Source: a virus
Lineage: Duplodnaviria > Caudoviricetes
Virus record (IMG/VR): IMGVR_UViG_3300044259_000047
Coordinates: 22,060-86,059 of that record
Strand: one strand, 5' to 3'
DNA length: 64,000 nt
This document shows, in pieces, positions 30,601 to 40,294 of this stretch (its first letter is position 1; each line of letters opens with the position of its first letter). The translations under genes and the position numbers were made by a program. The notes below the pieces were generated by a model that made no database searches, was not told the DNA's origin, and saw only the letters and a program-made list of their open reading frames with translations.

Positions 30601-30644
30601 ATTCTCTCCTAAGAATAAAGGAGAGGAGCATAAGCCCCTCTATA

Positions 30645-30857
30645 TTACGAACTTGCCATTAGTCCAGCATTTTTAAGTGCTGTGAGTAGGGCGTTAAATT
30701 CAGCTTCAGTTGGAGATTCACCGCCAGTTAGTTGAGGGAGAAATGCAGCTTTGCTAGCACCACCAGCACCTGCATTAACTTCATCAACAACACGATCTAC
30801 AACATCGAATACATCACCCCAGCTACGTTCTTGTAGCGAAGTCTTATCAATAGCCAT
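30645..30857 (-). CDS. small head fiber / decoration-like protein
   Basis: PT.AEFNALL.ALK.AGLMA C-terminus; follows the capsid gene. Confidence 0.6.
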   Translation of the reverse strand: MAIDKTSLQERSWGDVFDVVDRVVDEVNAGAGGASKAAFLPQLTGGESPTEAEFNALLTALKNAGLMASS

Positions 30858-30877
30858 TCTTCTTTCCTCTTATTAAG

Positions 30878-30903
30878 AAATAAAGGGAGGACTTTCACCT
30901 CCC
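30878..30903 (-). terminator. terminator after the major capsid gene
   Basis: GGGAGG-TGAAAGT-CCTCCC-TTTATTT. Confidence 0.75.
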
Positions 30904-30919
30904 AATATCTAAGTCTTTA

Positions 30920-31960
30920 TTAGGTGCTGGAAGTCAGCTTAACAAGAACTTGTGGCTGAGTTGCGAAGTACAGGGGAGAAGTCTCAACTTGCATTTCGTG
31001 GAACTCGTCTTTAGGATCGGTGAACTCATATGCAAACATTTCACGGCCTACACCATTGGCACCAGACAGTTTGTTTGATGGACCGAAGTAGCCACGGAAC
31101 AGATCACGGACAACAGGTAGTACGTGGCCAGTATCAGTATCAACAGCAGCTTCAGTAGTGCCGTCAGGAAGTTTGAATACGTGGTCGTAAGTTACGAAAG
31201 TAACACCTTTATATTCAAACTGGTCTACAGAACCCCAAGCCATGAATTGGTTGGTGGATTCGCGGTTGATGTCACGCTGAGAAGCGTAGTACAGATAAGC
31301 TTGACGAATCTGAGGATGGCTTACCAGCTTGTCGAAGAAGCTACCGTCAACAACAACACGGATACCACCAATAACGCCGCCAGTTTTCAGGTTGGTTTGC
31401 AGATAACGCTTAAGTTCGGAGATTTTAGCGTTAACGTCAGTGGTAGCTGTACCAAGATCAAAATCAATGGTGTGCTGAGTAATACCAAACTCAGTAAACA
31501 TGTTGGCAAGAACAACACCGTCAGGAGTTGCACAGATACCTTTAGCTGCTTGCAGCTTCATGTACTCAAGAGTCTGTTCCACTTGGGCACGCATATCCCC
31601 CAGTTTTTGTACGCGGACATTGGCCAGAGTCTCTTCTGAATCTGGAGTGCCCGGCATACGCCAGCCTTGAATATCTTCAGGAGTGATATAATCACTGTGC
31701 TTGAAGTAGCCAAGGGGCAGAGAGAAGGTTTCAACCTTACGGTCATTACCTTTGGTAGTTTCACGACCACGGCGGCTTACTTGAGGAAGCAGAGTGGTGT
31801 CATTCATACTCTTGTCAAAAACAACAGCAGTTTGAGAAATACCTTGAGTGCGGAACAGATTCATGCCACCAATCAGGCCAGCAGTGTTATCAAGGTTGTT
31901 GATTTCGTCGGTCCAATCTACAAGTTGGAAACCGTTACTTAGAGAGCGAGTAGTTGCCAT
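30920..31960 (-). CDS. major capsid protein (lambda E-like)
   Basis: D.I...DIQG.R..G, T.EY....A.KG, F.EFG; strongly biased codon usage. Confidence 0.9.
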   Translation of the reverse strand: MATTRSLSNGFQLVDWTDEINNLDNTAGLIGGMNLFRTQGISQTAVVFDKSMNDTTLLPQVSRRGRETTKGNDRKVETFSLPLGYFKHSDYITPEDIQGWRMPGTPDSEETLANVRVQKLGDMRAQVEQTLEYMKLQAAKGICATPDGVVLANMFTEFGITQHTIDFDLGTATTDVNAKISELKRYLQTNLKTGGVIGGIRVVVDGSFFDKLVSHPQIRQAYLYYASQRDINRESTNQFMAWGSVDQFEYKGVTFVTYDHVFKLPDGTTEAAVDTDTGHVLPVVRDLFRGYFGPSNKLSGANGVGREMFAYEFTDPKDEFHEMQVETSPLYFATQPQVLVKLTSST

Positions 31961-31981
31961 GTTCTATGTTATCCTTACGGG

Positions 31982-32410
31982 TTAAGCGAATTGTTCAGGC
32001 TGATCGATTACTTTGATACCAGCAGCTTCCATTTGTGCGTAGACAGCAGCAAGTTCAGCAGGCTGATCAACAGAAGCACCGAATACCAGATTTGCCTTAC
32101 CAACACCAGCAGGACCACGGAACAGAACAACAACGTTAGTGTCTGTGGTTGCAGCGATGGTTTGTTTGTTGTCACCAACAGGTGAACCAATGTAAATACC
32201 CGCAAAGTTCTGGCTACCATCAGAAGCAGAAGCTTCTAGAATTTTGTATTTACCAGTTGCAGTAACTTTACCCAGAACAGTACCGATTACATAGTTTTTA
32301 ATAGCTGCTTCGTTTGCAACCACTACATCACGGCAGTGACCATATTCTGGATGATCTTCATATTGCAGTACAGCGCCAAGGCGAGTAGAGCGAGTGTCTA
32401 GTTTAGCCAT
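31982..32410 (-). CDS. head decoration protein
   Basis: GTVLGKVTATGKY....A.DGSQ. Confidence 0.85.
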   Translation of the reverse strand: MAKLDTRSTRLGAVLQYEDHPEYGHCRDVVVANEAAIKNYVIGTVLGKVTATGKYKILEASASDGSQNFAGIYIGSPVGDNKQTIAATTDTNVVVLFRGPAGVGKANLVFGASVDQPAELAAVYAQMEAAGIKVIDQPEQFA

Positions 32411-32429
32411 GTTATCTTATAACTCCTGA

Positions 32430-33374
32430 TTATTGCTTTTTGGTTTTTTGTTTTTCGATTAGTTTAGCAACAAGGTCAAGACCGGCTTTCTCTTGTTCTA
32501 CTACCTTACCTTCACCATCAATACCTTTTTCTTTGAAAAGGTCTGACTCTTGCTCCACTGCTGATTTCTTTTCAAGAGATTTTACAACAACAGCGAAAGC
32601 TTCCTCTGGAAGTTCACCAACAGCTTTGAACATCTCTTCAACTTCTTCTGAAGGGACATGCTTAGCCAGAGCTTCCTTACGAACAGCAGCAACAGCTTCT
32701 TTCTGTGCTTTTTCAATATCTGCCAGTTTATCTAGAGCTTTTTGAAGCTCAGTTTCTTTTTCTTGAAGTTGTGACTTAAGAATGTCTTCTGCTGCTTTCA
32801 CAGCCTTTTGGATTTCTTCTTGCAAAGCAAGTACCTCTTTCTCTTTAGATTTAAACATGTCAACTAGATGTTGGCGTGTAGTTGCATTGTCAAGGGCTTT
32901 GGCTACAAGTGTATAAACTCCCTCTTCAAGCTTATCTTCTGCATCTTCTGACAGAAGCATGTTACCAGTAGCAGGTACATAAGAAAGTACGCTGGTTACG
33001 GGATTGGCAAGTTCCCCTAAAGAAACTTCACCATTGACAACGGAGTAATCTGTTGACCACAAACCTTTGTCATTACAGAAGATAACAACGTTGTCGTTGA
33101 AGTCTTCCACATAAAGCCAATCTTTTTCATCACCATACTTTTCTTTAACCGCGTTTTGCAGTAAAGTGCGTACTTGAGAATAGAAAGCAGCTTTATTTAC
33201 ATCAGAAAGCCCTAGCGTTTCTAAAGCTTTCTTAATTTCTTCGGTCATCTCTACATCGCTTTTCATCAACAAAGAGACGTGACGATTATTAGCACTGTAG
33301 CCTTGTGCTTGGTGACAGAGGGCTAAATGAGGTGCCAACTTGTCATCTTCTGACGATTTAATTACAAGAGGCAT
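32430..33374 (-). CDS. capsid scaffolding protein
   Basis: H.AL....QG..AN N-terminus, charged coiled-coil C-terminus; synteny. Confidence 0.7.
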   Translation of the reverse strand: MPLVIKSSEDDKLAPHLALCHQAQGYSANNRHVSLLMKSDVEMTEEIKKALETLGLSDVNKAAFYSQVRTLLQNAVKEKYGDEKDWLYVEDFNDNVVIFCNDKGLWSTDYSVVNGEVSLGELANPVTSVLSYVPATGNMLLSEDAEDKLEEGVYTLVAKALDNATTRQHLVDMFKSKEKEVLALQEEIQKAVKAAEDILKSQLQEKETELQKALDKLADIEKAQKEAVAAVRKEALAKHVPSEEVEEMFKAVGELPEEAFAVVVKSLEKKSAVEQESDLFKEKGIDGEGKVVEQEKAGLDLVAKLIEKQKTKKQ

Positions 33375-34024
33375 TATTTATCTCCCTCAAATGTTACATT
33401 AGTGATCTCACCAGTTTCTTGGTTGATGCGTCCTTTAGCTCCGATACTAACTCCCGAAACAACACCTTGCTTCTTAAGATTCCAAAGCGTTTCATCGTTG
33501 TATTTGATTTTAGCTACCCAAGTACCAGCTTTAATAATCTCACCAGTTTGAACTACTTGAACATCAAGTTCTTTTTGAATCCAAGTAGACTCAATAGTAA
33601 ATGCTTCAGTTTCTTTAAGATGGAACAGATTAGCCTTTACTACACCAGCTTCAAGATTTTTATTAAAGCTTTCAGCAGCCTTCTCAATGGTTTTATCGCT
33701 CATCCACTCTCCATGAGCATCCTTTACAAAAGGCTCATAGATAACTTCGTAGCTAACCATTTTTTCATCAAGAATTTCTGGCTTTTGTTCAGACTCTGTT
33801 GCACCGAAAGCTTTCTCAATCATTTCAGAAACACTTTCAAGAAGGCTTTTTTTAACCTTCTCTTTAGCATTCTTAGCGGCAGCAAGACCTGTAGCAATAG
33901 CTCGCCCTTCGTCACCTTCGTATTCTGAAAGTGCAGCGTTTGCAGCAGCAACAAAAACATCTCTTGCATGACCTTTAAGCTTTTCTGCTGCTGGAGGCAG
34001 TTTGTCACTAGCTTTCCAAGGCAT
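33374..34024 (-). CDS. XkdF-like prohead protease with N-terminal ChaB-like domain
   Basis: YEP...DAHGEW, NLFH, GTW, G.SIG; N-terminal LP....L..HA..VF..A.N.A. Confidence 0.75.
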   Translation of the reverse strand: MPWKASDKLPPAAEKLKGHARDVFVAAANAALSEYEGDEGRAIATGLAAAKNAKEKVKKSLLESVSEMIEKAFGATESEQKPEILDEKMVSYEVIYEPFVKDAHGEWMSDKTIEKAAESFNKNLEAGVVKANLFHLKETEAFTIESTWIQKELDVQVVQTGEIIKAGTWVAKIKYNDETLWNLKKQGVVSGVSIGAKGRINQETGEITNVTFEGDK

Positions 34025-34780
34025 TATGTATTTTCTCCGTTAGCGGTTGAACCATCGCCAGAACTACCATCTGCGCTTCCTGTACCTGATGGTATTCCAG
34101 AAGTCATACCTTCTCCGGCATTAGATGTAAAGCCTGTTAATGTTTCTTGGTAATTTACAAGTTCTTCAGTAGAGTCAATTCTGTCTGGTAATCCAACCCA
34201 CTCAGCAATCTTATTAAGATTTTGCGGAGTTTTCTGGATAAGTCCTTGACTACCTGCACGTTGTAGATACTTGGAAATAACATCCAAATCTTCTTCTTTA
34301 ACTTGAGCAAACTCAAACTTTGGAAGACGTTCTAACGACCAGCCGTTGAGTAAAAATAGCTGAGGGATAAGGTCATTATTCAGAACATCTTGAATCTCTT
34401 TTAGTCGGGATTCAACAGCCATTTGCATGATGCTTGATTTACTGTCAGCTAGATTGTAAGAACCGCCTTTACTGTTACCCATTTGCAGTAAATCAGCAAA
34501 CAGCGCTTGAAGAATTTTGTTGTCCCATCGAGTAACGGCTACGTTAGTATCATATTGAGAAGCATTAGGTGGACCTACAAGCTTCCAGTCAAATAGTGGT
34601 TTACCTTGATCGTCGTAAAGGCTCGGGAAGACAACACAGGCTTGTTCATTACTTTGCAGGTTGCGTCCAATACGTTTTACTTCTTCGTAAACAGCCTTCT
34701 CTTCTGCTGTAGCGTCTAGAGACATGAACTTAGCAGGAAGTCTGAAATCAGGAATACCACCCAAACCACGAGTAATTCCG
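34024..34780 (-). CDS. portal protein, exon 2
   Basis: In frame after splicing: (V)GITRGLGGIP...GSYNLA.SK...LN.DLIPQL..LNGW. Confidence 0.85.
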
Positions 34781-35787
34781 CATTTGTGTTCAGGGAGGGT
34801 CGTTAATCCTCCCCCGCTTTATTCAAGCTGCTGCATGTTTCCATGCAGATCAGACTATATCACCATCTCTTTGAGATGCTTACCATTTCCACCTACTTAG
34901 GTGTACTCCCTTGCGGGATAGTCGTTGCACTTTCCACTTCAATTATCTGTTTTAGAATTTAAATGGTTTAGAAATTTCTTTGTAAGAATTCCTATTCTTA
35001 ATGTCGTACACCAAAGCTTTAGTGACCTCGATGTTTTCAGACATTTCAAATATTTGCTTTACTGTAAATCCTTCCTCAAGCCTATTGCAAACCCAGAGTA
35101 TAGTATTTACCGAAACACGCTTCTGCCTAACTTTTGTAAGTTTATAATCAGAAGAAATATGTTTCCAAGCTGTTCCATTTCTTACTTGTGAAACAAGAGA
35201 TTTACTGACTTTCAATCTCTCACACACATCTTTATTTCTAAATCCTTGTTCCAAAAGACTGCAAATTTCCCTAACCAGAACTTCTTCATTTACATTGTTA
35301 TAATGACTCTCACCAATATAACTAAGTAAACCGCTCTCACTAGCGTGTCTTGCATTCTCTTTATGGTCAACCCATTCTAAGTTTTCACATTGATTATTTA
35401 CTTTATTTCCGTCAATGTGATTGACGAGGGGCTTACCTTCGGGGTTTGGAACAAAACTTTCAGCAACCAGTCTATGAACACTCTTTTTAACAACAGCCCC
35501 GTCCTTGTATCTGATGGTGACTCTGTAGTATCCGCTGTTCGACAACTCTTGCTTTAATTCTTTTCTAGGTCCAAATACGTTTCCTTTGTTGTCAACGCTG
35601 TAACCTTTACTATTCTCGATAACTTTCTTCATATTAGCCTCCTACTGGGATTCGGAGATAACTGAAGTGGCTTAGCTCAGGATTGCCCTCGTCTTTACGT
35701 TAGGGGTTTCCCTGAATTAGATAAGTTTTGGTAGTTTAAACTACCGAGGATTTCATGTCAAATCACTTCAACATGCCGCTGAAATTA
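34781..35787 (-). mobile_element. self-splicing group I intron in the portal gene
   Basis: P1 GCCGU/GCGGC with U.G at the 5' splice site, P/Q/R/S core elements, P7 GACUA/UAGUC, terminal G. Confidence 0.9.
34952..35632 (-). CDS. intron-encoded HNH homing endonuclease (I-HmuI/NUMOD4-like)
   Basis: VHRLVAESF.PNP..KP.VNHIDGNK.NN...NLEW....EN..HA. Confidence 0.9.
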   Translation of the reverse strand: MKKVIENSKGYSVDNKGNVFGPRKELKQELSNSGYYRVTIRYKDGAVVKKSVHRLVAESFVPNPEGKPLVNHIDGNKVNNQCENLEWVDHKENARHASESGLLSYIGESHYNNVNEEVLVREICSLLEQGFRNKDVCERLKVSKSLVSQVRNGTAWKHISSDYKLTKVRQKRVSVNTILWVCNRLEEGFTVKQIFEMSENIEVTKALVYDIKNRNSYKEISKPFKF

Positions 35788-36509
35788 ACGGCCTCAGATT
35801 CTTCGATTTGCTTTCTGTATTTCCAAGCAGTATAAACTTTAGCTAGTGGACTTCGACCTTGCGGATTATCTCGTGTAACGTCAGTTCTGAACAGAAGGAA
35901 TTTCTTACGAGGGATTTCAATTTCACCAGCAAAGTCTTGAGAATTAGCAAGTCTAAATCCATCATTAAGAAGGGATGTATCTTGAACTACAGCAAGCAAA
36001 TCTCTACCGTCGTCAGAGAATTTCCATTCTTTGATTGTGGTTTGTGATCGTACAGGAAGTTTCTTAATACCTACAAGACCATCATTGTATTTAGAACCAT
36101 TCACCCTATATCTGCGACGATACACCTTCTCATTAACACAGTACCCGTATGTAAACATGCTGGTAACTTCTTTAATGAAGGAGAACCAACTGTGTTCCAT
36201 ATCGTCTTTGCATTGCTCTACAAACTTAGTGTATTTCTTCTCTTCGTCTGTAGCATCAATTGGTGGAAGTACACTCCAATCAACCCTACTAATCATCATC
36301 TCAAACAAAGAAAGAGCTGATGCAATAGTTGCATCCTGAGACATCTCTTGGTAAGTTCTGTTGGCTCTAGGGTAAACAAGATCCTTTCTAGCTTCTTCAA
36401 GAATAATGCCATCAAACTCTTTCAAACCCGGATAACCAGTCTCTCCAAGCTTTACGCGGGGAATGGCAGAGTCTCCGGTCTGTAGGTCTAGGCTTTCGTT
36501 ATCTGCCAT
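35788..36509 (-). CDS. portal protein, exon 1
   Basis: Follows terL; YG....EKVY, KLP.R.Q, IP..KFLLF...NP.G.SPL. Confidence 0.85.
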
Positions 36510-36534
36510 TTAATTTCCTTTATAAACTTTGATT

Positions 36535-38016
36535 TTACACTCTAAAGGGGTTAGACTGTGACATAGATGGGAATGAGACGGTAGGAATTTGAAATTTTTG
36601 AACAAGGTGTAGGTACGCGAGCGACATGCAGTCACAAACATCGTCGTGTCCTGCCTCACCGCTTTTCCTTGTACCATCAAAGTTTTCTAATTCCCGTAAG
36701 AAGAATTCGTTATCACATGAAATCTTATTCCAGTAGTCATGACCACAATTATCTACAATATGAACAATCCCTAATTCGGCAGATGCTGCAAAAGGTCTAA
36801 AGGCATCTAGTTTACCCTGAGAAGCCCTTTGGGTTTTTGCAATATAACCTGCTTCAATAATCTGCTTAGCAAGCAATTTAATAGATGCTTTTGCTGCTGG
36901 GTTAGGATCTTCACCAAGAACAATTTCAGTTTTAAAACCATCTCGTCTAGCGTGGTCTAAAATATGGTCTAGCCACTGTCCGAATGTGATTCGTGTACGT
37001 GTTACCTCAATAACAACGTATTCGCCAGAAGATTTCAACCTACCCATTTTTACACTAGCAAAGTAGTCAGGGCTTCTGTTACCATCGTGAGGTAGTGTAC
37101 CAGCTACGTCATAAACCCTCACAAGCTTATCGAATTCTAAGTCGAGAGGCGCCTTATCTAGTGTTGGGCAAGTTGATCTACTAAAGTATGAACTATTTTC
37201 TGGCTTCGCAAACCAGTTACCATGAAGCAATCGTTCACGTTCAAGACGAGGAAGAGCCTCCAAGTTTTGCTTGTACTGTGGATTTGATTTCATCAACGGG
37301 GGGTTATCGTCAATAGTACCAAATAAACCTTGAAAGCTAATTGGTGCTTTATCATATCCGTACTTTTCTTGAAGTTCTTCAGCAGTATCGCCCCAACAGA
37401 GTTCACCATTAATACGAAGTAGATAACGAATCTTACCGTTCTTTTCAGGATCAGGACGACCTTCTAAAGGATGACCAAGCGGATACAAATACCACATGGC
37501 ATACTTTAGAACCCAACTTGCATTGTCGGGGTTACAGGACCACCACATTGAATGTGTATTTTTTGCATTAGAACGAAGACGCGACCAAAGCCACCAGAGT
37601 TGTTCTTCATTATCTGCATGAGTTACCTCATCGTAGAAAATGTTTGAAATCTGAATACCTTGATACTTCTTAGCCGCTGTGTCATTCTCATAATGTGAGA
37701 ATGAGATTTCACTCCCGCTGGAAAAAACTAGCTTCTGATCCTTCAATTTCACTTTAAGTTTAGGGTCGTACTGAGTATAAAGAGCAACAGCTTCCCAAAA
37801 TAAACCACCAGAAGCCATAATGGCGCTGGAGTTCTTACGAATACAATATGCTTTATAATGAGGATCTTCTACAAAGCGAAGATGTCTCATTAGACCAACA
37901 TACGATTTAGATGATCCGGCAGCGCCGCCTACTAGGATAATTTGTGCGTCTGAATTGAGGTACTCTTGTTGAAAAGTAGACGCCGGTCCGATAGGAGCCT
38001 GCTGTTCACTCATCAC
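36535..38016 (-). CDS. terL: terminase large subunit
   Basis: GGAAGSSKS Walker A, YQG, FYDE Walker B, CNPD, HDD..D nuclease motif. Confidence 0.92.
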   Translation of the reverse strand: MMSEQQAPIGPASTFQQEYLNSDAQIILVGGAAGSSKSYVGLMRHLRFVEDPHYKAYCIRKNSSAIMASGGLFWEAVALYTQYDPKLKVKLKDQKLVFSSGSEISFSHYENDTAAKKYQGIQISNIFYDEVTHADNEEQLWWLWSRLRSNAKNTHSMWWSCNPDNASWVLKYAMWYLYPLGHPLEGRPDPEKNGKIRYLLRINGELCWGDTAEELQEKYGYDKAPISFQGLFGTIDDNPPLMKSNPQYKQNLEALPRLERERLLHGNWFAKPENSSYFSRSTCPTLDKAPLDLEFDKLVRVYDVAGTLPHDGNRSPDYFASVKMGRLKSSGEYVVIEVTRTRITFGQWLDHILDHARRDGFKTEIVLGEDPNPAAKASIKLLAKQIIEAGYIAKTQRASQGKLDAFRPFAASAELGIVHIVDNCGHDYWNKISCDNEFFLRELENFDGTRKSGEAGHDDVCDCMSLAYLHLVQKFQIPTVSFPSMSQSNPFRV

Positions 38017-38399
38017 TCATTACCTTCTTTTTCTACCTGAGCGGTAGTTTCAAGATATTCTTTAATCATAACTTTACGGTTACGGCCGGTGATGCCTACG
38101 TTATTGCAGATGCTCTTAAGCTTCTCCCAACCCTCAGTACCTTCCAAACTGTCCAAATATTCTTTTGGATAGATATGTTCTACAGGGTATGCTTGAATAA
38201 CAGGACCGTTATCTTTAAACTCTGTCAGGTGATCTACATCTGCAATAAACTCTGCTGAATAAAGGCTTTCAAAAACCGATTGACTTAAGACGGGATAAAC
38301 ACTAGTATTCAGTTTACCGCCGCGAAGGATTACATCTTCATAAGCTTTAAGGAAATCTAAAGCATCTACTGCTTTTACTGTAATTCGTTGTTTAGGCAT
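38013..38399 (-). CDS. hypothetical protein
   Basis: Start MPKQ downstream of a TTGACT-18-TATTAT promoter. Confidence 0.6.
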   Translation of the reverse strand: MPKQRITVKAVDALDFLKAYEDVILRGGKLNTSVYPVLSQSVFESLYSAEFIADVDHLTEFKDNGPVIQAYPVEHIYPKEYLDSLEGTEGWEKLKSICNNVGITGRNRKVMIKEYLETTAQVEKEGNE

Positions 38400-38534
38400 T
38401 TTATGTCCAAAATTCTGTATGTGAAGGGAGAATAATATCAAAACTATACCCCTAAAGTCAAGCATTTATAAAATATTTCTATTAAAATGCTCTATATTTC
38501 AAGAGCATTCTGTAGAATTACTTTGTACAACTAC

Positions 38535-39386
38535 TTAAACCGGTTTCTCTTCCCAAAACAGGGAGTAAACACCTGTAGCAGCACCAGAACCAAAGTTATG
38601 CAGTCTTAGATAATAAGTACCAGCACTAAGACCACGCTCTGATTGGGCACCACCACTTACCGTTTGTTGTTGTGCTGTAGCGTTAGCTGCTACAATTCTC
38701 GTGTTTTCTACAACAGTTCCACCAGTAACTCCACTACCAAATACAACAGGAGCAGCATGTGTTGTAATCGTAATCACTGATGTATAGTATGGCTGCTTAC
38801 GTTGAGCCATTCTATTCTTACCAATTATCGGTAACGCTGTATTGAATGTAGCTACTTCCGTCGCTCCTGTAAGCGCTTGGAATCTAATGCTACCAGCATC
38901 TACTGATAGACTCTGCTCAAACAATACAAAATCAATAGGAGAAACAAATTTAAATATTTGAACATTTCCTGATGGGATGTTAAATTCAAAGAAACTTCTA
39001 AACTCTCTTCCTTCAAATAAGCTTGTCTGTCCTTGGTCAACACGAAGTCGTCTAAAGCCCTCAGAACTAGAAGTCCAAACATCTTTAGGAAGATTAGCTA
39101 CACTATAAGGAGATACAATCTCTCCCGTATCTTGAATTACAAGTTTACCTGTAACACCTTTCACCCAAACAATTGTATCTGATTCCTCGACATAGAAAGT
39201 TTGTGTGGTATAGATAGGGACACCACGAGCATCATCAGCAGGTTGTGTAGGAGAGACAATAATAGATACTAAACCACTTGTATGGTTTGTAATGACAAAG
39301 CTTTTACTTACTGAAATAGAAGCTAAAGTGTTTAAGTTTGAATAAGATGTGCTACTAGGGATAGTTACAATCTTCAAAAGCCCCAC
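38535..39386 (-). CDS. hypothetical beta-rich protein (possibly virion-associated)
   Basis: 283-aa ORF, Ser/Thr/Val-rich. Confidence 0.6.
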   Translation of the reverse strand: MGLLKIVTIPSSTSYSNLNTLASISVSKSFVITNHTSGLVSIIVSPTQPADDARGVPIYTTQTFYVEESDTIVWVKGVTGKLVIQDTGEIVSPYSVANLPKDVWTSSSEGFRRLRVDQGQTSLFEGREFRSFFEFNIPSGNVQIFKFVSPIDFVLFEQSLSVDAGSIRFQALTGATEVATFNTALPIIGKNRMAQRKQPYYTSVITITTHAAPVVFGSGVTGGTVVENTRIVAANATAQQQTVSGGAQSERGLSAGTYYLRLHNFGSGAATGVYSLFWEEKPV

Positions 39387-39586
39387 TCCTTTATTTTATA
39401 ATTATTGGGACTGAAATAAGTGCTGAAGGCCACTTGTCTACCTGCCAATCAGCGTGATACTCCATAGGTGAGTATCCTCTCCGCAAGCCCCTCAAGGGGA
39501 ACTCTGTATAAATTAGGTGAAGCCCCGCCAGAGGCTTCTGGGTGTGTCCTAGGCAAAGGACGATACCAGACCGTTGCGGCCTAGTT

Positions 39587-39664
39587 TGGTGCCGGATGCG
39601 ACGGATCGAACGCGCAACCTCCTGAGTACAAAACAGGGATTCTAACCTATTGAACTAATCCGGC
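39587..39664 (-). tRNA. tRNA-Thr(UGU)
   Basis: GCCGGAT/ATCCGGC acceptor, TTCGA T-loop, TT-TGT-AC loop, encoded CCA. Confidence 0.85.
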
Positions 39665-39701
39665 TTTATTAATTTGTGTTGCAGTACCTATCTCTGCTGA
39701 T

Positions 39702-39771
39702 CCTATTTAGGCAAGAATCGAACTTGCAACGTCAATGGCTTTGACTTTCAGTGCCAATTACTCTAAACAGG
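39702..39771 (-). ncRNA. tRNA-like cloverleaf without CCA, embedded in a larger structured RNA
   Basis: 9-bp closing stem, D-like arm with GG, GCAAG-TTCGATT-CTTGC T arm, aberrant anticodon arm. Confidence 0.55.
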
Positions 39772-39872
39772 GCTTTTCATCCATCGTTTCACAATCTGCC
39801 AAATTGCTTGTAAGGCTCTTCCGCCGTCTCCGACTGCACTTCTAGGATTTCAGTGCTGAACACAAAACTGTT

Positions 39873-40262
39873 TTAATCTTCTTTATTCCCATGAAGCATA
39901 GTTAAGCTGAAGCGTCTGACTGGAACTTCTGGTGTTGAATTATCTTCTTCAGGAGTGTCTTCTGAATTCTCTTCCAAAGACTTCTTAATTGCATTTTTAC
40001 GTTGCTCTTCACCAACTGCTGCTGTTGTCGTTGAAACAATACGTTCAATAACCCACTTAGAGCTAGAAAGCTGGTCCTTTGGAACATCTTCACCTTTGAT
40101 AGATTTTTCAATATTCTCAAGTGAGGCATCTTCAAGCTGTGAAAGCTTTTTAAGAAGCTTACGCAATTCACTACGTCTACCACGAGGGCCTTTTATACCC
40201 TTGCGGTTGATGTTGTCAGGATTAGAACTGAGGCCCTGTTTGTTCCCAACTGGTGCTGGCAT
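39873..40262 (-). CDS. putative terminase small subunit
   Basis: MPAP.GNK.G..NP.NINRKG N-terminus, helical body, upstream of terL. Confidence 0.55.
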   Translation of the reverse strand: MPAPVGNKQGLSSNPDNINRKGIKGPRGRRSELRKLLKKLSQLEDASLENIEKSIKGEDVPKDQLSSSKWVIERIVSTTTAAVGEEQRKNAIKKSLEENSEDTPEEDNSTPEVPVRRFSLTMLHGNKED

Positions 40263-40294
40263 GATAAATACCTTTATAATTATTCTAGAAAGAA

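Noticed and set aside
26851-33928. Long + strand ORFs opposite structural genes (e.g. 28213-28731, 31124-31639, 33419-33928)
   Set aside because: Antisense shadows of codon-biased genes, with no RBS or recognisable motifs
34024-36509. Two separate portal-like genes or a pseudogene
   Set aside because: A complete group I intron core and an in-frame splice junction explain the split
39520-39586. tRNA-associated theta (HDV-like) ribozyme
   Set aside because: I could not build the nested double pseudoknot after any of the three tRNAs by eye
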